From Squalus acanthias (lineage: Eukaryota), in contig CM059427.1 of assembly GCA_030390025.1 (NCBI GenBank), positions 73,904,001 to 73,968,000 on the forward strand: DNA of 64,000 nucleotides, given 5' to 3'. The notes beneath the pieces are model-generated. The model was given only the letters and a program-made list of their open reading frames with translations. It did no database searches and was not told where the DNA came from. The position numbers and the translations under genes are program-made. Within the stretch, counting starts at the first letter, position 1; the number at the start of each line of letters is the position of its first letter. Below, one piece after another: positions 12,738 to 25,199 of the stretch.

Positions 12738-14671
12738 CAGCTCAAAATGAAGTCTGGCTCCTAAAGGTTTTAGGAGGAGGCAGACGCTCCAATTCCTGAC
12801 CAATAACATTTTTCTATTCCCGGAGGGAAGGGAGGTTCTCTGTAGGATCCAAGCGATTAGGAAAACAGAAAAGGGAACACACAAAGAGAATAGCCAAATT
12901 TGCATTTAGAGAAGTGTCATGTGCAAAATGCACACCCCACACACACACTATCATAGGGGTTGTATTTCGCAATGGAGAAAACACGATTAAAAGTAAATTC
13001 AAATTGTTGAGGTCGCAAGCATGGCAAGCTTTATATCAGCAATGTGCAGCCTTATAATCACAGGATAATTGGGCACAGTATTTTATAAGTCCACAGCACC
13101 ATGCTCTGAAATGGAGATGTGCAGCTCAAGAAAGATCGACAGGTATTTCTCCACAGAAGGCATGCGGACAACCCCTTCAGCCACGAATATACACAGCTTA
13201 AGAGAAAAACAAATCAACCACAGCTCCAAACTGGCCTTTGGTCAGGAGCCCCCTCCGTGGGGTGCTTTGTTATGCCATGCAAGGTCATACTAATCACAAC
13301 TTAATAGCATTAATTAAACAGGTTGGTAGGTTATAACTGAGCGATTTACTGTGGAGCGGATTTAAAGTTTGACTTTTAAATCGGTCACTTTTCACACCAC
13401 AAAAATCAAATTCTCACAGGGTCAAACCTAAAGCATTTAAGACAAGTCCAAATCAGCTGGAAGTGAGAAAGCATGTTTAAAAAAAAACAGCTGCAATATT
13501 CTAACGTTAAGTTAGAAAACAGGAAGGAAGGGAGGGAGGGATACGGATTGCACAGATTTTTTTTTTATTACTGCAGGGACCTAGAACACAATTATAGAAT
13601 CTATCCTTATTGCTGAAGAAGCACTTCCTTAGAACGGTGCAAAAAAAAGAGCTTTTATGCATTTGTCCACAATTATCTACCGTGATAAAAACAGCCTGGG
13701 CTGATGGAGCTACAACCGGGAATGTCAGAGCACAGACAGACAATGGTTTATGACTAGGACTTTCCCTTTTGCTGGCTGGTCTTCCTGTACTGCCAACAGG
13801 AAGGAGCAAGAGGAAGCCAGGTGCTATCTATTTACTCACTCACTATCTTCCCCCCCCATTGCCCCTTCAACAAAAAACAGCCAAGTTTCTGGCACAGACA
13901 TAATGGGCCAAATGGCCTCCTGCTGTGCCATAAACTTCTATGATTCTGTGCCCGCAAACACTAGTCACTCACAAATATCCCAGCAGCCAGCTATTGAGGC
14001 AGCCCCCCCCCCCCCATTGGAAAGACTTCCATTTATATAGCACCTTTCACGACATCAGGATGTCCCAATGCGCTTTATAGCCCATCTTTCGACTGAAACG
14101 TTGGCCCCACCTGCCCTCTCAGGTGGGGGTAAAAGATCCCACGGCACTGTTTTGAAGATGATCAGGGGAGTTCTCCCCAGTGCCCTGGCCAATATTTATC
14201 CCACAACCACAAAATAGAGATTATCCGGTCATCATCATCATCACACGGCGGTCTGTGGGACCTGCCGCATTTCCCACTTTACAACAGTGACTCGACTTCA
14301 AAAAGTACCTCATTGGTTGTAAAGCGCTTTGGGACTCCTGAAAGATGCTATAAAAGATGCAAGTCTTTCTTTCTTTCATTTGACAAGTTATCTGGAGTGG
14401 CAACCTGGTTTCAAATCCACCTGCTCCACATGCAGAACACTGGGACCAAGTGTGGAGTGTCTGCAGGCGAGACCAGCTACCTCAGCACGGACCAGGAATC
14501 GGGTCAGACGGCAAGTTTAGCAACTGAGCCGTGAGACCATCCGTTAATATCTTCAAAAAAGTTTCAAAATATAAAAAATATTCCACTGAAATCTTCACAC
14601 CAAATGTCAATGAAATCAGATTTCTAAACAACTTCACATCTCCAGTTTATTTATTTTTTAAATAAACCAAC

Positions 14672-14754
14672 CTTGGTGCTCCCTTGATCGGTAAGGACTT
14701 GCCCACGTGTTGCTGTTCCAGCTGGTTCATTGCACCACTGAGATTTTGGTTCAG
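14672..14754 (-). CDS. BIN1: BIN1 exon 10 equivalent, end of BAR domain: LNQNLSGAMNQLEQQHVGKSLPIKGAP(S)
   Basis: ctccacag acceptor, gttggt donor, 83 nt, phase 0-2; LNQNL start. Confidence 0.92.
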
Positions 14755-15091
14755 CTGTGGAGGAACACAAAAAAAAAATCACCACCACTGGATCAGGAGG
14801 GAGAGCATCTCAACAAGGGGCCAGAAACACAAGATAGTGACCAATAAATCAACAGGGAATTCACGACAACCTTCTTTACCCAGAGAGTGGTTAGAGTGTG
14901 GAACTCGCTACCACAGGGAGTAGTTGAAGTGACCGGCATAGATAAACACGAGGGAGAAAGGAATAGAAGGATATGTTGATGGGGCGAGATGAAGAAGGTG
15001 AGAGGAGGCCCATGTGGAGCATAAAATACCAGCACGGACCAGTTGGGCCAAATAGCCCGTTTCTGTGCTGTAAATTTACATTGGAACTTTA

Positions 15092-15312
15092 NNNNNNNNN
15101 NNNNNNNNNNNNNNNNNNNNNNNNNNNNNNNNNNNNNNNNNNNNNNNNNNNNNNNNNNNNNNNNNNNNNNNNNNNNNNNNNNNNNNNNNNNNNNNNNNNN
15201 NNNNNNNNNNNNNNNNNNNNNNNNNNNNNNNNNNNNNNNNNNNNNNNNNNNNNNNNNNNNNNNNNNNNNNNNNNNNNNNNNNNNNNNNNNNNNNNNNNNN
15301 NNNNNNNNNNNN
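15092..15312. other. Assembly gap (N run)
   Basis: Run of N. Confidence 1.
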
Positions 15313-16922
15313 AGGAGTCTATTGGCCTGAGCTCTACACTTCCCTACAACAATGATCTTAACAGCTGAGGATTAGCAGTGGTGGGGGCAGGGGAGGAACA
15401 TTCAGAGACAGAGAGACAGAAGTGAATTTTCCTCACACTAGGATCACACAAATCATTGAACGGTCGTCCTTCCTATTCAGGATGACGGGTATTGCCATCT
15501 CTGTGCAACTGTAGCTCAATTAAAAAAAAAATCAAATCAGGCAAGAAATGCAGCCCTCAACTATTGGGAGGCTGTCCAATCACACTGGGATTACTTGCTA
15601 TTGTGTAACCGTCCCATTCATGCAAACACAACATGACTTTGCCCTTGTATCCCTACAGCATCATTTCCTTCAATAAATACATTTAAAACATCTTAAAAAA
15701 GATGACCAAATCGAAAATACAACCCACATTTCTGGTCTCCAATTTTAACTTGGTGCTGCCCAAGGCTCACTGCTCCTTCTGAATTTTGCTCTTAAGCTCC
15801 GGATAAGCCATTCTATATTAGAACCATAGAATGATACAGGACAGAAGGAGGCCATTTGGCCCATCATGCCGGTGCCGGCTCTTTGAAAGAGCTATCCAGT
15901 TAGTCCCACTCCCCCCTGCTCTTTCCCCGTAGCCCTGCAAATGTTTTCCCGTTCTACTCCTCCACTCTACATAGCATTAAAATCAAGATTCATTGTAACA
16001 TCCTCTATTCTAACTCATACTTTCCAAGAATCTCAAAATGGCCTTGCTTTCCCTCAGCCTACCCATCCTCCTATATCCAACAGGATTTTAAATCAAAGCT
16101 TGGGATCCACTAACCACTACTTTAAAAAAAAATATTTTTAACATTTACCATGGACCTAAACAGGATAGATCAGAGTACTTTCTAAATGGTGAAAAGCTAG
16201 AAACAGTGGAGGTCCAAAGAGGCTTGGGAGTCCATTTATACAGATCATTAAAATGTCATGGACTGGTACCTGAACGCCAAGAATTAAATTATGAGGAGAG
16301 TTTACACAAACTAGGGTTGTATTCCCTGGAATTTAGAAGGTTAAGGGGTGATTTCATTGAAGTTTAAGATATTAAGGGGAACTGATAGGGTAGATAGAGA
16401 GAAACTATTTCCGCTGGTTGGGGAGTCTAGGACTAGGGGGACATAGCCTAAAAATTAGAGCCAGACCTTTCAGGAGTGAAATTAGGAAACACTTCTACAC
16501 ACAAACGGCAATTTATACTAGGTCAATTGTTAATTTTAAATCTGAGATTGATAGATTTTTGTTAACCAAAGGTATTAAGGGATATGGGCCAAAGGCAGGC
16601 ATATGGAGTTAGATCACAGGTCAGCCATGATCTCATTGAATGGCAGAGCAGGTTAAATAGCCTACCCCCCGTTCCAAGGTTCCTTTGTCTACCCTGCCCT
16701 TCATTTTGGTGATGTCATGCAAGGTCTTTGCAACTTCATCAATGAAAATATAAACTATAGAGACATAAAATATTCAGCTCAGGAGATCAGCACTACACTT
16801 CAGATTATCTAGAAGTGGGGAGTGCTGGTCAAAGGTTTGTTTACATTTAGTCACTCACAGCTTTTTAAGAAAACACACACATGCGCTTTCAAAACACTAG
16901 AATCCAAAGCATCACCTCATAC

Positions 16923-16998
16923 CTTGCCCATTTCTTTATGAAACGTCTCTTCCAGACCAGCTATACTTTGGAATGTGTTCACATAAAAACCAACACGA
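16923..16998 (-). CDS. BIN1: BIN1 exon 9 equivalent: (S)[25 protein letters not shown]
   Basis: ttttacag acceptor, gtatga donor, 76 nt, phase 2-0. Confidence 0.96.
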
Positions 16999-17305
16999 CT
17001 GTAAAAGGGAAGAAGAAAGAAAAAAAAATCAACAGAGCTCATGGAAAAAGAGCAAGTTGGTGCACAGCCTAGCACTGGACTCAAAACCTGGGTCACTGCA
17101 AAGCTAGATTATTAATTGAAGTCAATAGTTTGAACTGCTTTAAGCTACAATCAGGCAAGATATACAAAGTAAACAATCTCGATGGATGCAGTCAGAGAAA
17201 CAAATTTCACAGCAGCGTAGTCAGCAGGTGGGACCTTCCCATCAGAACTGGCCATGCCCAAGAACAGAAGAACACAAGAAATAGGAGCAGGAGTAGGCCA
17301 TATGG

Positions 17306-17417
17306 CAATGTCAGAGCTAATTTTTTTTTTGGGGTGTGCGGACCATTCAAATTTCTGCGCATGCGCGGTTTTTCCATTTAAAAGCCGCTGAGCTCGTGCA
17401 GCTCAATGGGAACATTG
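17306..17417. mobile_element. hAT-like MITE inserted in a CR1 3' fragment (about 17262-17690, minus strand)
   Basis: Termini caatgtc ... gggaacattg; imperfect 8-bp TSD ccatatgg/ccacacgg. Confidence 0.7.
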
Positions 17418-17797
17418 CCACACGGCCCCTCGAGCCTGCTCCGCCATTCAATAAGATCACGGCTGATCTTCAACCTCAACTCCACCTTCCCACACTATCC
17501 CCATATCCCTTGATTCCCTTAATATCCAAAAATCTATCGGTCTCTATCTTGACGACTGAGCCTCCACAACCCTCTGGGGTAGAGAATTCCAAAGGTTCAC
17601 CACCCTCTGGAGTGAAGAAATTCCTCCTCATCTCAGTCCTAAATGGCCGACCCCTTATCCTGAGACTGTGACCTCTGGTTCTAGACTCTATTTACTTCAG
17701 ATTTCCAGCATTCGTGCTCTCTCTCTCCCCATCTTTTCTGTGGGTTACAAGTTTTGTGGAAGCCGGTCCGATACCAGGACAAACATAGGCCTCAAAT

Positions 17798-18235
17798 ACA
17801 AAAGCAAAATACTGCAGGTGCTGGAAATCTGAAATAAAAACAGAAAATGTTCAGCAGGTCAGGCAGCATCTGTGGAGAGAGAAACAGAGTTAACATTTCA
17901 GGTCGATGACCTTTTGTCAGAACTGGAAAAAGTTAGAGATGTAACAGATTTTAGGCAAGGGCAGGGAAAGGGGAAAGGGGAGGAAAGAACAAAAAGGGAA
18001 GGTCTGTGATAGGGTGGAAGGCAGGAGATTAAATGACAAAAAGGTATGATTGTAGAAAGCAATAGGAGATGGGACAAGTAAAAAAACAAACGATGGGTCT
18101 AGAAGAGGTGTAAATGGGGATGGCAGAATCATCAACAGCTGCCATGTGAAAAAAATTGGGGCAGAGGTCATGATCTGAAATTGTTGAACTCTATGTGGAG
18201 TCCAGAAGGCTGTAAAGTGCCTAAACAAAAGATGT
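17798..18235 (-). mobile_element. 5'-truncated Penelope-like element: GIY-YIG C-terminus plus 3' end with a decayed hammerhead
   Basis: Minus strand encodes LGTLQPSGLHIEFNNFRS*; 10-bp TSD GGCCTCAAAT (17788-17797, 18236-18245). Confidence 0.8.
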
Positions 18236-19916
18236 GGCCTCAAATGTCTCCTTGCCACCTTTCTCCTGAATAAACCCTCTTTCATTAAACAGGGAGCAGG
18301 AGGAAATTAAACATGGCAGTTGGCCGGGGGGGGGGAAATAGAAAAAGTAAACATCAACCATGAGAATAATCCAATTTGGGCAACATTTGGGGGACGCATT
18401 TAAGAAAAGAAATATTGTCCCGAGTATTCCCTCCCCTCGAACCTTTCACATCCTCTGCTGCTCCTGCACCTGAGCTAGTTGCAATGGGGAGGGAGGGCGT
18501 CAAAAGCGTGGCCAAGGATGCTTTGCTCATGTGTGGGGGAAAGTGCTAGGTTCCGGTCTCTACTCAATAGGGCTACAGAAGAATACCGCGGGTCAGGGTT
18601 AAAAGCAAGAATTCGGCAAAGTAGTACAGCGTGGGCATCTTTTCTACTAAAGCAACACTCAAGCGACCAAATGCTGTGCAACTGCATCAATAATCCGGGA
18701 AACGAATTTAGACGCCTGAACTTAGTCCTTTTTCCTTTTTGGTGACAGATGTTACACATTAAATCTCACTTACGGCGCCATTTCTTAACCCCCATCTGTG
18801 TCCAATTTGGAGATGAGTAATACCATTAACGTAGGCAGGCTGGAGTTAGATTACAGCACCTCCTCCCACCCTAGAGAAATGTCCACAGAATGTGGTAATG
18901 GAAACACGTGTCCCCATTTTATTATAAACCAAACTTATGAAGTAAACATCAACCATTAGAATAATCCAATGGGGGGGGGGTGGGGAAACAATTAAAAAAT
19001 CTGTTTTGAAGACTTTTGCAACAAAAAAGCACACATTTGATCTGCCCTCAGCTGATACTATTCCAGGGTATTGGAGCAAGTTGCATATAGGAACACAGGA
19101 GCAGAAGGAGGCCATTCAGCCCCTTGAACCTGTTCCTCCATTTAATGAGATCATGGCTGATCTGTATCTTAACTCCATCCACCTACTTTTGCTCCATATC
19201 CTTTTATACCATTATCTAACAAAAATCCATCGATCTCCTATCACTGCCCCTGGCAGGACATCAGTCCACTTGCTGCAGATCAAAGACAGAACTCGATCTT
19301 CCTGCTCTGTATGGCTCAGTAACTGAATAACTTAATCAGTTGAGCCACTGTTGAGCAGGGTGGCGGGGTGAGGAGAAGAAGTGGAGGGTGGAAAGGGAGG
19401 ATTTCTTATGAGGAATTTACTCGGTTTCTACTGGTCATTGACCAGAGGACACAGATTTAAGCTAATTGGCAAAAAGAACCAGAGGGGAGATGGAGATTTT
19501 TTTTTTTTTATAAACGCAGCGAGTGGTTATGATCTGGAATGCACTGCCTGAAAGGAAGCAGATTTGATAGTAACTTTTCAAAAAGGGAATTGGATAAATA
19601 CTCAAAGGGGAAACATGTGCCGGGCTATGAGGAAAGAGCCGGGAGGAGTGGAACTAATTGGACAGCTCTTTCAGAGAGCTGGCACAGGCACGATGGGCCG
19701 AATGGCCTCCTTCAGTGCTGTATGATTCTATGAAAGGAAAATAAAGTGAGATGAGAAAGTGCCTAGTGCAGCCTTTCAGTGAAGGGATTCCAATACTGAC
19801 TACAGAGGAGAGTTGCAGCAGTGGATTATTACTCTGCGATAGTGGACATCGAGCGCTTGGTCACCTCTGCAACCAGAGGAACCTTCATCGCCCGAGATCC
19901 ACCGCCAATGCAGAGC

Positions 19917-20632
19917 TTAAGAACATAAGAAATAGGAGCAGGAGTAGGCCATTCGGCCCATCGAGCCTGCCCCGCCATTCAATGAGATCATGGCTGATCT
20001 GATCTTGCCCTCAACTCCACTTTCCTGCCCGCTCCCCGTAACTCGATTCCCCTGTTTTTCAAAAATCTGTCTATCTCCGCCTTGAATATATTCAATGACC
20101 CAGCCTCCACAGCTCTCTGGGGTAGAGAATTCCAAAGATTCACGAGTGAAGAAATTCCTCCTCATCTTCGTTTTAAATGGGAGACCTCTTATTCTGAAAC
20201 TATGCCCCCTAGTTCTAGATTCCCCCACATGGGGAAACATCCTCCCTGTATTTACCCTGTCGAGCCCCCTCAGGATCTTATATGTTTCAATAAGATCACC
20301 TCTCATTCTTCTAAACTCCAATGAGTATAGGCCCAACCTGCTCAACCTTTCCTCATAAGACAACCCCTTCATCTCAGGAATCAACCTAGTCAACGTTCTC
20401 TGAACTGCCTCCAAGGCAAGTATATCCTTCCTTAAATAAGGAGGCCAAAACTGTACGCAGTACTCCAGGTGCGGTCTCACCAACGCCCTGTACAGTTGTA
20501 GCAAGACTTCCCTACTTTTATACACCATCTCCCTTGCAATAAAGGCCAATATTCCATTTGCCTTCCGAATTACTTGCTGTACCTGCATGCTAACTTTTTG
20601 TGTTTCATGTACAAGGACACCCAGATCCCGCT
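19917..20632 (-). mobile_element. CR1 LINE 3' fragment (ORF2 C-terminus plus 3' UTR)
   Basis: RPHLEYCVQFW and LYSLEFRRMRGDLIETYKI motifs; ttcttatgttct tail. Confidence 0.93.
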
Positions 20633-21070
20633 GTAATTAAGAGTCTCGGGCAGAACTAGTCCCAAGAGTCAGAACGAGAGAAAAAAATAATTCAACTGCT
20701 ACAAACAGGAAAAACAAATTCTGGAAATGCACAAGACAGTCAAGCATTTGTTCACAGAAAAGATGGGTTAACATTTCGTGGTGCAAACCTTCAAAACATG
20801 AAACAGTTCCAACTTTACAATATTTTGCAACCTGTGCTTTGTGATGGAGCACAGTCAATCTTGCTCTATGGGCCACTTGGTGACGTTAATTAGCAGCCAA
20901 GAGCAAGACTACATTCAGTCACGCAGCAAAGAACTGTACAGATTTCATCTTTATGTAAAAGGTCAACTAAGACTCAGACTGCCATTAGCTGCCGCAAGCC
21001 ATCTCGGTACCAGCCTCTGGTACCTCCCAGTACAGCGGAAAGACCACTCACCAATAGACTGACCACCCAC

Positions 21071-21156
21071 CTGTTCCATAGTGATGGCAATTCTTCCTGC
21101 AAGTCAATATTAATTTCCTCGAACACTTTCTGGGCTTTTAAAAATTCTTCTTCTGC
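21071..21156 (-). CDS. BIN1: BIN1 exon 8 equivalent: AEEEFLKAQKVFEEINIDLQEELPSLWN(S)
   Basis: tttaaag acceptor, gtgggt donor, 86 nt, phase 0-2; LQEELPSLWNSR motif spans the junction. Confidence 0.96.
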
Positions 21157-21292
21157 CTTTAAACACAAAAACATCCCAAATAAATAATAATAATGGTCGA
21201 CATTTTAAGAACGATTAAAAAAAAAACTGAAAATCTAAGCTGAAGCATTGGCTAATTCAAAGACTCTCAATTGCCAGACCAAACAGTACGGA

Positions 21293-21484
21293 GGGTAATC
21301 TCAGACCTGTACCCTGTCTATGTAGGATAATCGCCGTTCTAAACAGCATCTATGTAGGGTAAGCACAGACTTGTACACTGTCTATTTAGGGTAATTGCAG
21401 ATCTAAACACTGTCTACCTAGGGTAATCACAGACCTACACCCTGTCTAGTTAGGGTAATCACAGACCTATACCATGGATATGGA
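21293..21484 (+). repeat. Minisatellite: six diverged 32-bp units (consensus gggtaatcacagacctgtaccctgtctatgta), with an inverted copy at 22132-22238
   Basis: Units start at 21293, 21325, 21357, 21389, 21421 and 21453. Confidence 0.85.
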
Positions 21485-24164
21485 GGGTAACCAGATCCTG
21501 TCAGTCCAATATTCCAGAAACTGCATTTCTCCAACAATCTCCGTCTCCCTCTCCCAATCATCAATTCTTCTCTTGTCTCCTTTTGGCGTATAGCTGGTCA
21601 ATGAAGTGTTGACAAACTCTTCTACCACATCACAGCCAATGCCAATCTTGTCCTCAGCCAACATCCCCCACACTCATGCAGTCACTGCAACATGATCCAG
21701 GAGCAAGAACCACAAGACGATTTCTTTTTAAACCTCCCTGACACACTCCACTCCACCCCGCCCCGAGCCATTGAGAGCTAATCTCGTGCACCAGCGGAGA
21801 TCTGGCATGAAAGCGATTTTATCTGGTCTGCATGGCTCCGCACCACACCGCATAGTCCTGTCATACATAGCTAGCCGTGCAATCCTAAACTGTCTCGCTG
21901 AAGTTTATTTTAAAGTTGGGCTTGCTGGAAAAAGTCAGGGAAAACAAACTGGAAGCTTGTCCATATAGGTGAAATGGGGCTACAGTGTCTCGATTGGCTG
22001 AGGGTGGATGATGTTATGGTCATGTGACCACATGGCGTGGGGGAGGATGTTCGCTGATGACAGGATTGGCATTGGCTGTGATGTGGTAGAACAGTTTGTT
22101 AACACTTCATTGACCAGCTATCTGGTTACCCTCCATAGACAGGGTACAGGTCTGTGATTACCCTACTTGGACAGTGTAGAGGTCTGTGATTCCCCAACGT
22201 AGATCGTGCGTAGGTCCGTGATTACTCTAGGTAGACAGAACTGCCTCCGGGGGGGGCGGGGGGAACATGGAGACGGACAGTTTCAAGGCATGATTGCCTG
22301 TTCTCCAAAGGATTGAGACAATATACATCTATTGTACGTACTGCCTTGTTATTGTGCGCACTTAATTATACTTGATAAAATTATTGATGCCACTGTATTG
22401 GTTGTTTTCTCGAACTGATCTACAGACACGAGTTGATGCAATGGACTTCATTCCTCAAACGTAAAATACAGACGGAGGAGAGGGTCGTTAGCGAAGCCTG
22501 AATGTTGACGTTTCGAGGTGGTCAAAGCAAGTGCGCTGGTTAGATGCTCGCTAGCCCATAGATTCCATCACCACTCAAACAAAAACATGCCCCTTTTCAC
22601 CAGATACACCGTCCACCTGTCACAACTCTAACCTTGGTTCGTGTGTACTCAAGGCATCACTGTATTCAAAATTACTTGTTCTAGGTCATGCAAGAGAAAG
22701 TGGTTACAACAGTTGAGCGTACTCCCAACAGAAATGTCCTGATGGGAATGATGCTCATTATAGTTCAAATCCAAATCCTCATCTAGGCCAATCTCAACCT
22801 GCCTCATATTTCTTTTCTCCGATAACAGAATGAGTGAGTTTTTTTTAAATTAACTCCTCAGTTACAACCATCAGGAAAGGCTGAACAGGCTGGGGCATGA
22901 CCAAAAAAAGTCTTGAAAATTATGAAGGGGTTTGCTAGGGTAGACGTAGAGAAAATGTTTCCGCTTATGGGGGTTAGGGGGAGGAGAGACCAAAACTAGG
23001 GCTCATAAATACAAGATAGTCACTAATAAATCCAATAAGGAACTCCGTAGAAACATCTTTACCCAGAGTGGAGCTCGCTACCACAGGGAGTAGTTGAGGC
23101 AAATAGCATAGAGACATTTAAAGAGGAAGCTAGATAAACACATGAGGGAGAAAGGAATCGAAGGATATGCTGATAGGATTAGTTAAAGTAGGGTGGGAGC
23201 AGGCTTGTGTGGAGCATAAACACCGGCATAGACCAGTTGGGCCGAATGGCCTGTTTCCGTAAATTCTATGTAGTTGTCAGATTAAAAGGGAGAGATAAAA
23301 AAAAGGGTCTCAGTGGGCCCCAAAAGTTGTGTAAGTTTTCAAATTACCCACAAATACCATTACAGTAATAATGCCGTTCAAAACAACAAGAGTAGCTGTT
23401 TCATTCGGGGTTAGTAAAAAAAAAAAACGATTTTAATTAAACATTACATGTTGTGTGCTCATTCATCCCTCTTCCACTTCTTTTCAAATTTACACACACT
23501 AATGGACAAAACAATCCAGGCTGACACTTCAGTGCCACGCTTGTGGTGGGGGGGGGAACAGAATGTTGGCAGGTGCCAATTTTCTGATGAGACATTAAAG
23601 AAAGGGAGACCCCACCCGCCTGTTCAGGTGGACATAATTAAAAAAGTAGAGACAAAAGATCCCACGGCATTATTCACAGAAGAGAGAGTTCTCCCTGCGT
23701 CTGGGCGAACATTCATCTCAGCAGACACCGAAACAGATCTCTCTCATTGGCTGCTTTGTGGGACCTTGCTGCGCACAAACTGGCTGCCACATTTCCCCAC
23801 ATAAATAGAGTACTCTTCAAAAGAACTTCCATTGGCTGTGAAGTGCTTTGGCACTTCCTGAGAAGGCACTTTATGAATGAAAGCTCTTTCTTGGACTGGG
23901 AAAAATCTTGGCTTCAGAAGACACTTTTAAGTGCAGTCAATGGCCAGCACAGTGATGCTCCATCCGCTTGCATTTACAGTGTGACCATGGCAACCTCAAG
24001 ATGCACCAAAGCAGGAAGGGCTACTAATGGAGAGTCAATTCAATCAGCAACAGCCTACAGATGAAGCATGCCTGAAGTACCTGCTCCAAGGGTGGGTGGG
24101 CAACTCCCTACATGCAGAGAAACGGAACTCCCTGGAATTTTTTTTAATTTTAAAATCCACTCGA

Positions 24165-24628
24165 AAGAGACAAAAGACTTGTATTTATACAGCATCTTTC
24201 ATGACCTCAGGACATCTCAAAGCTCTTTACAGCCAATGAAGTACTTTTGAAGTGTAGTCACTGTTGTAATGTAGGAAGCGCGGCAGCCAATTTGTGCACA
24301 GCAAGCTCCCACAAACAGCAATGTGATAATGACCAGATAATCTGCTTTTGTGATGTTCATTGAGGGTTAAATGTTGGCCAGGACACCGGGGAGAACTCCC
24401 CTGCTCTTCTTCGAAATAGTGCCACGGGAGCTTTTACATCCTCCAGAGGGCAGACGGGGCCTCTATTTAACGTCTCATCCGAAAGACTGCACCTCAGACA
24501 GTGCAGCGCTCCCTCAGTACTGCACTGGAGTGTCAGCCGAGATTTTTGTGCTCCAGTCTCTGGAGTGAAACTTGAATCCACAACCGTCTGACTCACAGGC
24601 AAGCGTGCTACCCATAGAGCCATGGCTG
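24165..24628 (-). mobile_element. SacSINE-like SINE, full length (an opposite-orientation degenerate copy lies at about 23515-23895)
   Basis: Reverse complement of the family sequence at 3661. Confidence 0.85.
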
Positions 24629-25199
24629 AGGGGTCGGACGTGGGAGAGAGACGGGGGTTGTGTAGAAAAAGTGCTAATTCAGGTCAAACAAGCAGAAATT
24701 GACAGCATTAGGAACATTTATTTCTCCCTCCCCCTCTTTCTAGTCGGAGATTTTTAGCTTCTCTTCCTTGTTAAATTAAAATATATGAGTCACTGCCACC
24801 CTAGGTGGAGACCAGCTGAGTTCATTGTCGTCTGCTCCCGAATTATAGGTTCAGATTATGGAATCTCTTGCGCGATTTTACTGGTTTGCAGCCAAGAATT
24901 CCAGACACAATAATTCCATTGCAGTAAACTGAACAGGCAGTGTTGGACACCCAGTGCAGTGTGCCTTGACAGAGTATTTACAGCACAGAACCAGGCCATA
25001 CGGCACAACAGGTCTGTGCTGGTGTTTATGAGCCACACGAGCCTCCTCCCAGCCCTCTTCATTTAACCCCATCAACATATCCTTCTATTCATTTCTCCCG
25101 CATGTGCTTATCTCACTTCCTCTTAAATGCATCGACGCTATTCGCCTCAACCACTCTGTGGTAGCGAGTTCCACATTCTCACCGCTCTCTGGGTAAAGA

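Noticed and set aside
13507-13809. Exon-like segment STGRPASKRESP after a ttggcag acceptor
   Set aside because: No phase-compatible strong donor found, so it is not supported as a cassette exon.
21293-21484. CRISPR-like array
   Set aside because: The units are contiguous with no unique spacers, there are no cas genes, and the context is a vertebrate intron.
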